Assembly: GCA_017468385.1 (NCBI GenBank)
Contig: JAFUIQ010000011.1
Location: 68,224-132,223 of the forward strand
Length of the DNA stretch: 64,000 nucleotides
From: Clostridia bacterium
Lineage (GTDB): Bacteria; Bacillota; Clostridia; Oscillospirales; CAG-272
Reading direction: 5' to 3'
Part shown: one piece after another, positions 1 through 9,755 of the stretch
How the letters are laid out: every line of letters starts with the position of its first letter
How positions within the stretch are numbered: position 1 is the stretch's first letter
Notes under the pieces: model-generated
The model's database searches: none
Seen by the model: the letters and a program-made list of their open reading frames with translations, nothing else
What the model was told of the DNA's origin: nothing
Translations under genes and position numbers: made by a program

Positions 1-951
1 CAGCGTCAGTATGTGTCATCGCACAAGCAGTCGCTCATCCGATTGGATTTCAACAGTCCCGCATTCCGCAGCAAAAAATACAACCCTATCGGGCTGATCC
101 AGTTTTCAAGAGGCTGCAAATTCCATTGCGATTTTTGCTCGGTAGGCTCGTTTTATCATTGCGGCGTGCGCCAAAAAGATATCCAAAGCGTGGTGGATGA
201 GATCCGCGCCATGAAAGAAAAACTGATCTTTTTCATTGATGACAACATTTTCTTAAATGAAGCATCTGCGCTGGCCCTGTTTGACGCGATCCGACCTCTG
301 AAAAAGAAATGGGCGTGTCAGATCAGCATGGACGTGGCCATGAACGACAGGCTTTTGTCGGCCATGAAAAAAAGCGGGTGCGTGCTGGTTCTGATCGGAT
401 TTGAATCGCTGAGTGCAGAGAATCTGAAACTCATGAACAAAAGCGCCAATCTGCACATCGGAGCCTATGAAAAGGCCATCGAGAACATTTACCGCCACAA
501 GCTGATGATTTACGCGGCATTTGTGCTGGGTTATGATTACGATACGCGGTCGTCCATTGATGAGACCTTGGCGTTTGCATTAAAGCACAACTTTGCGGTG
601 GCCAACTTCAACCCTCTCATTCCATTTCCCGGTACGGCGCTGTACGAGCGCCTGGAGGCGGAAAACAAACTCATCTACAACAAATGGTGGCTGGAGCCGG
701 GATATCGCTACGGCGACACCGCCTTCTATCCCGAACGCATGTCGCCCGACGATTTATACGAGGGATGCAAGCATGCGCGCTTCCGCTTTAATTCGTATGC
801 GAACATTCTCAAGCGTCTTTTCCGCAATCCCATTCACCTGTCGCCCTTTCATGCCATTATGTTTTTGGCACTGAATCTGATCTCCCGCAAAGAGATTCAC
901 CGAAAGCAGGACAAGATTCTTGGCGGTCAAACAAAAAACAGCGGAGTGTAG
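1..951 (+). CDS. Radical SAM protein (B12-binding family), 5'-truncated by window edge
   Basis: Frame open from base 1; SRGCKFHCDFC (CxxxCxxC), FFIDDNI, GFESL, PFPGT motifs; paralogous to next two genes. Confidence 0.9.
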   Translation, partial: QRQYVSSHKQSLIRLDFNSPAFRSKKYNPIGLIQFSRGCKFHCDFCSVGSFYHCGVRQKDIQSVVDEIRAMKEKLIFFIDDNIFLNEASALALFDAIRPLKKKWACQISMDVAMNDRLLSAMKKSGCVLVLIGFESLSAENLKLMNKSANLHIGAYEKAIENIYRHKLMIYAAFVLGYDYDTRSSIDETLAFALKHNFAVANFNPLIPFPGTALYERLEAENKLIYNKWWLEPGYRYGDTAFYPERMSPDDLYEGCKHARFRFNSYANILKRLFRNPIHLSPFHAIMFLALNLISRKEIHRKQDKILGGQTKNSGV

Positions 952-952
952 T

Positions 953-2311
953 ATGAAGATCACACTGATAAAACCCAACATAGGCAGACGCGAGCACAGC
1001 CTGTATGTGGATAATGCCAGTATGGAGCCTCTGCAGCTCGGAATTCTGGCAGCGCTCACCCCCTCCGACATCCAGGTCGTCATGTACGACGATCGATTGG
1101 AAACGATCCCCTACGATGAGCCCACCGATCTGGTGGCCATTACGGTGGAAACCTTTACAGCCAGACGTGCCTACGAGATCAGTGAAGAATACCGCCGCCG
1201 CGGAAGAAAAGTCATCATGGGCGGTATGCATGCAGTGCTGATACCCGAGGAGGTAAAGCAGCATTGCGACAGCATCATGATCGGTGATGCGGAGGACAAA
1301 TGGGGCGAGATGATCGAGGATCTTCGCCGGGGCCATTTGAAAGAGGAATACCGCTGCAACCCGGTCACAGTTCCGCAGAAAGGGATCATCACGCGGCGCG
1401 ACATCTTTGAAAACAAAAAGTATATGCCCATTACCCTTATGCAATTCAGCCGCGGCTGCCGGTACAACTGCAAATACTGCGCATCCAGTGTCTATTTCAA
1501 GCAGAAGCATTTTTGCCGGGATATAGATGAGGTCATCGAAGAGATACGCAGTCAGAAACGAAAACTGATATTTTTTGTTGATGACAATATCGTTGGCGAC
1601 AAGGAGAAGGCGAAGGAACTGTTCAAACGGCTGATCCCGCTCAAGATCAAATGGGTGAGCCAGGGCAGTATCGATATGCTTGACGACGATGAGTTGATGA
1701 CACTTATGGTGAAAAGCGGCTGCCTCGGACACGTTATCGGATTTGAGTCCATCCGGCCGGACAGCATCCGTACCATGGGCAAGGGCGTGAACAAAAAATA
1801 TGTGCAGGATCAGTATAAGGACGCCATCAAAAAACTGAGAAAGTACGGTCTGCAGACCTGGGCGGCATTCACCGTGGGACACGACACGGACACGCTGGAG
1901 AGCATTGAAGCCACGTACCAATTCGCACGGAAAAACAAATTCTGTTTTTCGGCGTACAACATTCTCATGCCCTATCCCGGCACGGCGCTGTATGACCAGC
2001 TTGCGCGAGAGGGCAGACTGCTTTACGACGGGAAGTGGTGGCTGCATCCGGAATATAGATTCAACTACGCGGCGTTCGTCCCTGCCAATATGACCGCGCC
2101 CGAGCTGACGGAGGCGGCCTATCTTTGCCGAAAGAGATTCAACAGCATATCCTCCGTACTCTATCGGCTGTTTGAGCCGAGGACCAATCTGCGCAATCCG
2201 ATTCGCTTTTTTACCTACATAATCTACAATCCCGTGTTCCGCCGCGAAGTGTTTGAAAAACAGGGAATGACTTTCGGATGCAAAGAAAAGGACGAGGAGA
2301 ACAAGCCATGA
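953..2311 (+). CDS. B12-binding domain radical SAM protein
   Basis: ATG 953 one base after upstream stop; N-terminal MEPLQLGILAALTP..GGMH cobalamin-binding-like domain; SRGCRYNCKYC. Confidence 0.92.
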   Translation: MKITLIKPNIGRREHSLYVDNASMEPLQLGILAALTPSDIQVVMYDDRLETIPYDEPTDLVAITVETFTARRAYEISEEYRRRGRKVIMGGMHAVLIPEEVKQHCDSIMIGDAEDKWGEMIEDLRRGHLKEEYRCNPVTVPQKGIITRRDIFENKKYMPITLMQFSRGCRYNCKYCASSVYFKQKHFCRDIDEVIEEIRSQKRKLIFFVDDNIVGDKEKAKELFKRLIPLKIKWVSQGSIDMLDDDELMTLMVKSGCLGHVIGFESIRPDSIRTMGKGVNKKYVQDQYKDAIKKLRKYGLQTWAAFTVGHDTDTLESIEATYQFARKNKFCFSAYNILMPYPGTALYDQLAREGRLLYDGKWWLHPEYRFNYAAFVPANMTAPELTEAAYLCRKRFNSISSVLYRLFEPRTNLRNPIRFFTYIIYNPVFRREVFEKQGMTFGCKEKDEENKP

Positions 2312-3648
2312 AAATAACCTTTATACTTCCCGCAATCGGTAAAAAACCGGGGCAGAAATATCTGCGCAGCTGGCTCATGGAACCGCTTACGATCGCTGTG
2401 CTCAACTCTATGATTCCCGATACATGGGAGCGGGAGTTTTTCGACGACAGAATCGAGGGCATCCGTTACGATACCGACACGGATATCGTTTTCATAACGG
2501 TGGAGACCTACACCGCCAAACGCGCCTACTTTATCGCGTCCGAATTGCAAAAGCGCGGGAAGAAGGTCATTATGGGCGGTTATCACGTCACGCTCTGCCC
2601 CGAGGAAGCGGCCCAGCATGCGGATGCCATTATGGTCGGCAATGCAGACCGGATCCTCTCGTCTGTTTTGGCCGATATCGAAGCGGGCACATTGCAGAAG
2701 CGATACGACGGCGGTGCCTGCATTGCCTATAAAATGCCTGACAGAAGCATTTATGCGGACAAAATGAAGAAATACCTGCCCGTATCCCTGGTGGAAACGG
2801 GGCGCGGATGTTACCACAACTGCGAATTCTGCTCCATTGCGGGATATTATCACTCCCATTACATACACAGAGAAGTGGCGGATATTATCGCCGAGATCAA
2901 GTCCTGCCGGCACAGGATATTCTTCTTTGTGGACGACAGCATCTTTTCGGATAAAGCCTTTGCCCGGGAGCTGTTTGAGGAGCTGAAAAAGCTGAACATC
3001 ATCTGGACCACACAGATCACCCTGGATATTGCCAGGGATGACGAAATGCTCCGTTTGATGAAGGAGAGCGGCTGTGAGATGGTCCTCATCGGCTTTGAAT
3101 CCATCGAAAGCGATAACCTCCGCCAAATGAACAAGGGCTGGACGGAACGTCTGGGGGAGCGGGATGCGCTGATCCAAAAGATCCACGACGTGGGTATCAG
3201 TATCTATGCAAGCTTCGTGTTCGGCTTCGATTCGGATAACGAGGACACGTTCAAAGCAACGCTGGCGTTCTGTGAAAAGCATCAGTTCTTCGTTGTCGCG
3301 TTCAACCACCTTCTGATTTTCCCCAGCACAAAGACGTATGAGGCGTTCAAGGCGGACGGACGTTTGCTTTCGGAGCGCTGGTGGCTGGAGAGCGGATATA
3401 CCTTCGGTATGATCACCTTCACACCGAAGCAGTTGACACCCGAATCGCTGCGTGCCTTCTGCAAGCAGTATAAGAAAGAATTCTTCCGCTTTGGCTCTAT
3501 CTTCCGGCGCGGCAGAACCATGTTCAAGCGTACGCACAGCTTCATCATCCATTTTGCGTATTGGTTTATCAATATCCTTTTCCACTTTGAGGTGGATCGG
3601 CGTGCCGGGATTCCCATCGGCGAAAATCTTGAGGAAGAGAAGAAATGA
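2308..3648 (+). CDS. B12-binding domain radical SAM protein
   Basis: ATGA overlap with previous gene; MEPLTIAVL..GGYH; GRGCYHNCEFC. Confidence 0.92.
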   Translation: MKITFILPAIGKKPGQKYLRSWLMEPLTIAVLNSMIPDTWEREFFDDRIEGIRYDTDTDIVFITVETYTAKRAYFIASELQKRGKKVIMGGYHVTLCPEEAAQHADAIMVGNADRILSSVLADIEAGTLQKRYDGGACIAYKMPDRSIYADKMKKYLPVSLVETGRGCYHNCEFCSIAGYYHSHYIHREVADIIAEIKSCRHRIFFFVDDSIFSDKAFARELFEELKKLNIIWTTQITLDIARDDEMLRLMKESGCEMVLIGFESIESDNLRQMNKGWTERLGERDALIQKIHDVGISIYASFVFGFDSDNEDTFKATLAFCEKHQFFVVAFNHLLIFPSTKTYEAFKADGRLLSERWWLESGYTFGMITFTPKQLTPESLRAFCKQYKKEFFRFGSIFRRGRTMFKRTHSFIIHFAYWFINILFHFEVDRRAGIPIGENLEEEKK

Positions 3649-4709
3649 GCGGGACAAGATATCAGGCATCCCCCGCCGACGGTAAGGAAATACTGCGCGT
3701 TCTGGAGAGCTCCGCCGCCAAGGGAAGCATTGAGCTTATTTACACAAGGCGTCCCGATGCGTATGCGTCCTACAGGAAGGATGCCGCGGAAGCGCACGTG
3801 TTCGTTTCAAGAGACGGGGATCGCGTCATCGGCACCTGCGCCGAGCTGGTGCGTGAGGTGTATATCGGCGGTGAAGTCTGCCGTGCGGCGTATATCTGCG
3901 GTCTGAAAAAGGATGCGGAATATGCGGGCGGCGTTGGCTTTGGCGCGAGATTGATCCGTGAACTTCAGCGGGACGATGTGGATTGTTACTTCTGCTCGGT
4001 GGTGGAAGAAAACGCCGATGCCCGCCGGATGTTTGAAAAAAGCCGGCGGCTTCTGGCCATGAAGCCGATAACGGGATATACAACCTATATTGTAAGTCCG
4101 GCGGTCCGAATACAAGCACCGAAGCATACTCTCGCTTTCCGCCGGGCAGCGGGAAATGATACGGAGAGGCTGATCGACTTTCTGAACGCCGAGGGAAAGA
4201 AAAAGGATATGTTTCCCGTAGTAAAAACCTTTGATTCGTTTTGCAATTTGCGTGTCGAAGACTTTTATCTGCTCCTTGACGGAGAAACCATCGTTGCCGC
4301 CGCGGCTCTTTGGAATCAGACCGAGTACAAGCAGTACGTGGTAAAGCGGTACAGCCGATGGATGAAGCTGGCCCGGATGGCCAATCCGCTCCTTTCCGCT
4401 TTGCGGTATATCAAACTCCCCCAAGAGAACGAACCCCTTGCTTTCCCCATGCTGTCATTTTTCCTTTGCAAAAATGACAGTGCGGACCATTATCGGATTT
4501 TCCTTGACGGGATCCGGCGAGAGATTAAAAAAGAATACGGTATGTTTGTCATCGGCCTGCCCCATGGGCATGCTGCATCCTCCATTATGGATAATCTTCC
4601 AAGCATCCGTTTTTCCACCAAGCTCTACGAGATCCGATTCCCGTGGAGCCAGCAAACGTATAAAACGCCCGATTCGAATAATACCTTTTTCGAATGCGGA
4701 CTTCTGTAA
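3645..4709 (+). CDS. GNAT-fold (possibly tandem GNAT) acyltransferase-like protein
   Basis: ATGA overlap; AAYICGLKKDAEYAGGVG resembles GNAT motif A; second FRRAAGNDTERLIDFLN segment resembles the start of another GNAT domain. Confidence 0.65.
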   Translation: MSGTRYQASPADGKEILRVLESSAAKGSIELIYTRRPDAYASYRKDAAEAHVFVSRDGDRVIGTCAELVREVYIGGEVCRAAYICGLKKDAEYAGGVGFGARLIRELQRDDVDCYFCSVVEENADARRMFEKSRRLLAMKPITGYTTYIVSPAVRIQAPKHTLAFRRAAGNDTERLIDFLNAEGKKKDMFPVVKTFDSFCNLRVEDFYLLLDGETIVAAAALWNQTEYKQYVVKRYSRWMKLARMANPLLSALRYIKLPQENEPLAFPMLSFFLCKNDSADHYRIFLDGIRREIKKEYGMFVIGLPHGHAASSIMDNLPSIRFSTKLYEIRFPWSQQTYKTPDSNNTFFECGLL

Positions 4710-4718
4710 ACAGAAAAA

Positions 4719-4756
4719 CGGGGCTGTTGCATTTCGATGCAACAGCCCCGAATTTT
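4719..4756 (+). terminator. Rho-independent terminator
   Basis: CGGGGCTGTTGCAT/ATGCAACAGCCCCG perfect 14-bp stem flanked by A and T runs. Confidence 0.85.
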
Positions 4757-4879
4757 TACGTTTGCGAGGTAAAAATTCGAAATTTCGCAGAAATTTGCGG
4801 CGAGATCGCCCGTTTTTTGTCAGATAGTCAAATCTGATTTGGATTTGGTATTCATGCGTGTCCCGTCCGATGGAGTGCG

Positions 4880-5941
4880 TTACGGCTTTTCTTTGGCATC
4901 GCCGCAGTAATCCTTTAACACTTCAATCAGCGCACGGAAGTACTGATGATTGATGCTGTACAAAATCTTCTTTCCGCTGGTGCGGGTCTTTATCAGTTCG
5001 GCGCGTATCATGAGGTTCATATGGTAGTACGCATTGGTCCCGGCCAAATGCAGGGATTGCTCCACTTCCTTTATGGATGCCTCTCCTTTTTCGTGGAGAA
5101 ATTGCAGAATGGCCGCCCGGTTTTCCTCGGATACCGCCGTGCCGAACTCGTTCAGTTTCGGAGTGAATTTTTTGTCGATCAGGTATTGCAGCGTGTCGAT
5201 GTAATCATGCCCCATAACGATCAAGACCGCATCGTTAAAGAAATACGTGCATAAGTGGTTCTTGTGGTAATAACAAAACGTGATGACCACTTCATCATAT
5301 ATGTCAATGTCGGTGGAATTCAAGGGGTCCATTTTCATTTTCTCAGCAAAATCGGAAAAATCGAAGTTCTCCTGCAGTGAGCGCATCAAGGCAGAATTCT
5401 TCTCATATTGCTTGGAGAGCAGGAATTCCTTGGCCATCAACTCGTGGGACAGGCGCTGGATTACAGGAATGGGATCGATTAAAAAGGAGTACAGGGCGCT
5501 TTTTACACGGGTATCCAGGGAGGAGTTTTTGATCAGCGCATTGGCGGCAGGGAGGGATTCCTTGCATTTTTGCAGGGTTTCCGCCGGCTCATTCCGGAAG
5601 TAGTGCCGCAGTACATTCATAACTACCTGATCGTAATTCATCAGTTCGTTCTGAATGGCAGCCAAGCTATAGGTTCCCTTCAAAAAATCGTTACGGTAGG
5701 GTTTATAGTAAAATTCCGTTATAACTGTAAGAGGGTTGTCATCAAGATGGAAGAAGAGGCGCAGTTCCTCCGGAATGTCGGGGAACTCCTCCAGCATTTT
5801 TTCGGAAAAACGGACGTCCTCGGCATAAGTGTTAAAATTGGAAAAGTTGGCTAAAACATATTCTCTGTTAAAATAATGGATGAAGATGTAGAACAGATCG
5901 TAGGTATAGCCTGGATCTTTTAAAAACCGAATATTCTTCAA
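4880..5941 (-). CDS. ArsR/SmtB-type winged-helix regulator with long N-terminal domain
   Basis: C-terminal SEENRAAILQFL..SIKEVEQSLHL..AYYHMNLMIRAELI..GKKILYS; TTG start after GAGGTGG RBS. Confidence 0.8.
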   Translation of the reverse strand: MKNIRFLKDPGYTYDLFYIFIHYFNREYVLANFSNFNTYAEDVRFSEKMLEEFPDIPEELRLFFHLDDNPLTVITEFYYKPYRNDFLKGTYSLAAIQNELMNYDQVVMNVLRHYFRNEPAETLQKCKESLPAANALIKNSSLDTRVKSALYSFLIDPIPVIQRLSHELMAKEFLLSKQYEKNSALMRSLQENFDFSDFAEKMKMDPLNSTDIDIYDEVVITFCYYHKNHLCTYFFNDAVLIVMGHDYIDTLQYLIDKKFTPKLNEFGTAVSEENRAAILQFLHEKGEASIKEVEQSLHLAGTNAYYHMNLMIRAELIKTRTSGKKILYSINHQYFRALIEVLKDYCGDAKEKP

Positions 5942-5966
5942 CAAAACCACCTCTGTTTCAATAAGT

Positions 5967-5995
5967 ATTGTAACATCCCTCTTAAAAATAGTCAA
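5967..5995 (-). promoter_or_regulatory. sigmaA promoter of ArsR-type gene
   Basis: TTGACT-17-TACAAT with TG extension on minus strand. Confidence 0.7.
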
Positions 5996-6088
5996 GGGTC
6001 CTGGGGGAATTGACAGCAAATCGGGCGGAGTTCCTTGTGCGGAGCGGCGGGGCATGGGGTAAATGTTGCTTGTAACCATACTTTACCA

Positions 6089-6117
6089 TTGACAACTTTT
6101 GGTGGTTATTGTATAAT
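6089..6117 (+). promoter_or_regulatory. Consensus sigmaA promoter
   Basis: TTGACA-17-TATAAT. Confidence 0.85.
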
Positions 6118-6168
6118 GAATTTAAAAGATAATGGCGGTAACAAGAGAGATTTCACGGAGGCATGCAT

Positions 6169-6738
6169 ATGGAATTCTGGATTTTTTTAATTTGCGCTGT
6201 TCTGCTGTTTTTGCTGTATCCCTATCTACGCTGTTTTGTGAAACGAATTCAATGCGCGCAGAAAATCCACCGGGTGTGCCAGGCGAAAGGATTTCATCTG
6301 CATCCTACTCATTCCCTGTGGTTCCTCGGCCATAAGCGGGCGGGGAAGTGCGACTGTTATATCGAAACGCCGCATAACGTATTTGCCGTAAAACTCTTTG
6401 GCATGCCGGCCCGCATGTGTGTGCTGTTGTTTAAGGAAAACGGCGAATATTTCATACGGCGATATGTGGCTTTGGCCGGCCACGACGGCTCCGGTGTGCG
6501 GTATCCCATCGATTCCAAACCCAGGGCACTGCCCGTATATCATTTCCGTTATCAGTTCAAAGAGTCGTGGGAGACCAAGACACCCCACAACGTTTTGCTG
6601 GTGAATCCCGTTTCCATGGAAATTCGCCGCCAGCCCACAAAAGGCCCCGAGGTGATTCTGGGTGCGGGCGATGTGGTCAACGGAATGGAAATACAGACCC
6701 TGTCCCGACTGCTGGGCGTATTGGAGAGTGCATTATGA
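6169..6738 (+). CDS. Hypothetical protein with N-terminal membrane anchor
   Basis: GGAGG RBS; hydrophobic N-terminus; ATGA overlap with next gene. Confidence 0.8.
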   Translation: MEFWIFLICAVLLFLLYPYLRCFVKRIQCAQKIHRVCQAKGFHLHPTHSLWFLGHKRAGKCDCYIETPHNVFAVKLFGMPARMCVLLFKENGEYFIRRYVALAGHDGSGVRYPIDSKPRALPVYHFRYQFKESWETKTPHNVLLVNPVSMEIRRQPTKGPEVILGAGDVVNGMEIQTLSRLLGVLESAL

Positions 6739-8186
6739 GAGAAAATCCCCGTTTGCTGAAGGATTCCTCGGCTGCACGACTGCCGAGGGCATTGTTCCGT
6801 GATTTACAAATGGATTCCATACTCAGCGAAGCGGCCATTGCCGTTTTGCAAGTTCCCTGCGAGAGGGCAGAGATTCTGCGCCGCGGGGAACTTTTCGCCT
6901 TGCTTCAAAACGGCGGGAAGCGGGACAGGGTGAGTCATATCCTATCGGTTCTGACGGATCTTGAGCGGTCGCTTATGGTATTGCGGGATGCAAAGATCCC
7001 CCTGGATATGTATCACCGCCGAAGAGATGCATTCTGTGCGTACATCTGCGCCTGTGAGGTGTTGGCATCCGCGTCGGATCTGGGGAGTTTGTTTGGGGAC
7101 GTGGCGGCATATTATTCCTCTGCGGAAAGACAACAGACCGTCAGCCGAATGAAGGAGGCTTGCCGGATCATAACGGAGCGGCTTCAGGGCTTCCGCACGG
7201 GACTGCTGACCTTTTCGGACAAAAATTGGCTCACGCCCGATTATGATGCGGTCAGCGAGGCGGAGCGCATCGCCGATTGCGCCTGCAAACTGGGATTCTC
7301 TGTTCCCGAGCGGAAGCAGAGAAACGACAAAATACCGCTTGCGTTGTCGGACGCCCTGGGCCGCCTCTATGGGGCAGAGGTTTCGGAGATAGAAATTCTG
7401 TTCCGAGAATTCGCGGACGTGGATCTGAAGGAGCCGATTTCGTATATTGCCGAGATCCGTTTCTTTTTAGAGATATACGAACTGACGCAAAAAGCGGAAG
7501 AGGCGGGTATCCCCCATTGTTTCCCGGAGATCGCAGATCGACCGCAATTCACGGCAGAGGATCTGTACGATGTGTCCCTTTTGGCGAAGCAATGCGAGCG
7601 TATCGTCCCCAACGATACGGATTTTAAGGAAGCGGAGCCGTTCTGCTTCCTGGTTGGTGCCAACGGGGGCGGCAAGACCACCTATTTGCGGGCGGTCGGT
7701 ATCAATCTGGTGCTGTTTCTTTCGGGCTGTCCTGTGTTTGCCACGAAAGCGACCCTATATCCTTTCCAGATCGTTTTGGCCCACTTTCCCAAGGATGAGC
7801 GGTTTGATCACGTGGGACGGCTGGATGAGGAGCGGGCACGCACGGATGAAATGCTGCGGCAATCCGCAGGGCAGGAGGCATTTCTGCTGTTCAATGAAAC
7901 GTTCAGCGGTGCGGACGATACCCGCGGTTTTGTTCTTCTGAAGGAATTGGCGGATCGGATGCGTACTGCCCGGCATTTTGGCGTATACGTGACGCATTTC
8001 CATACGGTGATGACGTTGGATTATCCCGTTCTGTCGGCGGAGATCGATCCCGCTGATGAAAACAAGCGCACCTACCGTATTGTCAAAGCCAAAGGAAACG
8101 CCTCGTCGTATGCCGCCGATATTCTGAAAAAATACGGACTGGACAAGGATTCTTTGCGGAAACGGAGGGGTGGATATGGTAAATAG
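6735..8186 (+). CDS. MutS-family ATPase (domain V only)
   Basis: VPND..GANGGGKTTYLRAVG, GRLDEE, LLFNETFSG, VTHF motifs. Confidence 0.85.
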   Translation: MRENPRLLKDSSAARLPRALFRDLQMDSILSEAAIAVLQVPCERAEILRRGELFALLQNGGKRDRVSHILSVLTDLERSLMVLRDAKIPLDMYHRRRDAFCAYICACEVLASASDLGSLFGDVAAYYSSAERQQTVSRMKEACRIITERLQGFRTGLLTFSDKNWLTPDYDAVSEAERIADCACKLGFSVPERKQRNDKIPLALSDALGRLYGAEVSEIEILFREFADVDLKEPISYIAEIRFFLEIYELTQKAEEAGIPHCFPEIADRPQFTAEDLYDVSLLAKQCERIVPNDTDFKEAEPFCFLVGANGGGKTTYLRAVGINLVLFLSGCPVFATKATLYPFQIVLAHFPKDERFDHVGRLDEERARTDEMLRQSAGQEAFLLFNETFSGADDTRGFVLLKELADRMRTARHFGVYVTHFHTVMTLDYPVLSAEIDPADENKRTYRIVKAKGNASSYAADILKKYGLDKDSLRKRRGGYGK

Positions 8187-9645
8187 TCTTTTGTTTTGTA
8201 AAGAGAATCGCCATGCCGGATCATTGGATGCAAGAATACCGTATCAGCTTTCCCTGGACCGTTCCTTTTCCTATATTTGTGCCGACAGCCAAAAGCGGGA
8301 GCAGTTTCTGTCCGTCATATCGGATTGGACGGATGATGCGGAAACCATATCGTATCGCCGGGAGATTCTTTCGGATTTTTATAGCAATCCCTCGCTGCTG
8401 GCGGAGATGCTTTCCCTGAGTGGCCGATGGGAAGAGTTGCGTTTATCCCACAAAAGCGGGGATCGTGAGGGATACCGCCTGCGGGCGGAGCGAAATACCT
8501 CCCCCATCGCGGCAAAGAATATCCTGCAGGCGCAGGCTCTTGCCTGCAAGCGGGCGCTGCTGTTCATCAAAGCCTATGGGGAGATGCTGTCTGCATATGA
8601 TTTGCACTCCCGGGGATTGACAGCCTTTCGTGACGCTTGCCGGGAGGTGTATGAACACCCGGAGTTTCCCCATCTGATTACGTTCTGCGCTCAATACGAG
8701 AACTTCAGCGCCAGCGGATTTCTGGATTTCAAGTTTACCTTGCATGAGGACGGGCGCATCGCCCGATACGAATGGATCAATCACAGATACATTCACGTCA
8801 GTGATCCGGACATCCGGAAGAGCGGATTTTCCCTTTTCAAAAAGACGGCGGAAGTGGTTCACCCCTGTGTGCGTGTGTACCCGCCTGCGGATGGGTTCTT
8901 TGACAATTTGGCCGTAGGCGCTCTTGCCGAGCTGTCCCGGATCTTCTCATCCGTTTTTGAGCAGATCGCGGCACGCCTGGGGAATCTCTGTGCCGATCTG
9001 GATTTTTATGACACAGCCTGTCAGTATATCCACACCCTGGAGGCGAAGAAGATCCCGTACTGCTATCCCGGGTTTTCTGCGGATAACAGTATGCGTATAC
9101 ATAAGTTATACGATCTGTATCTTTTGATGACGAAAGCCAGTCCGTCAGAGGTGGTGCCAAACGATGTGGAAATGACAGCGGAATCGGGTGGGATCCTGGT
9201 GTTTGGGGACAACGGAAGCGGAAAAACCGTCTACTTGCGTTCTGTGGGAACGATGCAGGTTTTGGCGCAGGCCGGATTGCCTGTGCCGTGCGAGCGGGCG
9301 GAAATACCGCTCTTTTCGCAGATCGGCGCTCAGTTTTCCGAGGCCGAGAAGGAATTCCTTGAGGGCAATGAGGCGGGCCGCTTTGAGCAGGAAGTGCGGG
9401 AACTGGCGGGGATGGTGGATACTTTGCAGGAAGGTGCGCTGGTGTTTTTGAACGAGACGTTCCAAAGCACCGCCTACGCCGAGGGAGCGGAAGGCTTGTA
9501 TCATCTGCTGAAGCACTTTTCCGCCTCGGGTATCCGCTGGATCCTTGTGTCCCATCTGCGGCAGTTGGAATCCATGTTTTCCCACGGAGACGCAACCATT
9601 TTGCACATGGCGGAGGGGTATACTTTGCAAAGCGGGACTGTGTGA
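8176..9645 (+). CDS. MutS-family ATPase (domain V only), second paralog
   Basis: VPND..GDNGSGKTVYLRSVG..LAQAGLPVP, GRFEQE, FLNETFQST, VSHL. Confidence 0.85.
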   Translation: MVNSLLFCKENRHAGSLDARIPYQLSLDRSFSYICADSQKREQFLSVISDWTDDAETISYRREILSDFYSNPSLLAEMLSLSGRWEELRLSHKSGDREGYRLRAERNTSPIAAKNILQAQALACKRALLFIKAYGEMLSAYDLHSRGLTAFRDACREVYEHPEFPHLITFCAQYENFSASGFLDFKFTLHEDGRIARYEWINHRYIHVSDPDIRKSGFSLFKKTAEVVHPCVRVYPPADGFFDNLAVGALAELSRIFSSVFEQIAARLGNLCADLDFYDTACQYIHTLEAKKIPYCYPGFSADNSMRIHKLYDLYLLMTKASPSEVVPNDVEMTAESGGILVFGDNGSGKTVYLRSVGTMQVLAQAGLPVPCERAEIPLFSQIGAQFSEAEKEFLEGNEAGRFEQEVRELAGMVDTLQEGALVFLNETFQSTAYAEGAEGLYHLLKHFSASGIRWILVSHLRQLESMFSHGDATILHMAEGYTLQSGTV

Positions 9646-9687
9646 GAACAGTTCAACCAAAGAGCGAGCGACTAAACCAACGCTCCA

Positions 9688-9716
9688 TTTACATTTCCTC
9701 ACGGCAGTGATATGCT
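9688..9716 (+). promoter_or_regulatory. sigmaA-like promoter of ABC pair
   Basis: TTTACA-17-TATGCT with TG extension. Confidence 0.55.
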
Positions 9717-9755
9717 GAAGCTATGAGAGATTTTACGGAGGTAGAAAGAGACAAT

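Noticed and set aside
6735-9645. mutS/mutS2 mismatch repair genes
   Set aside because: Too short, no recognisable mismatch-binding or Smr domain, no mutL
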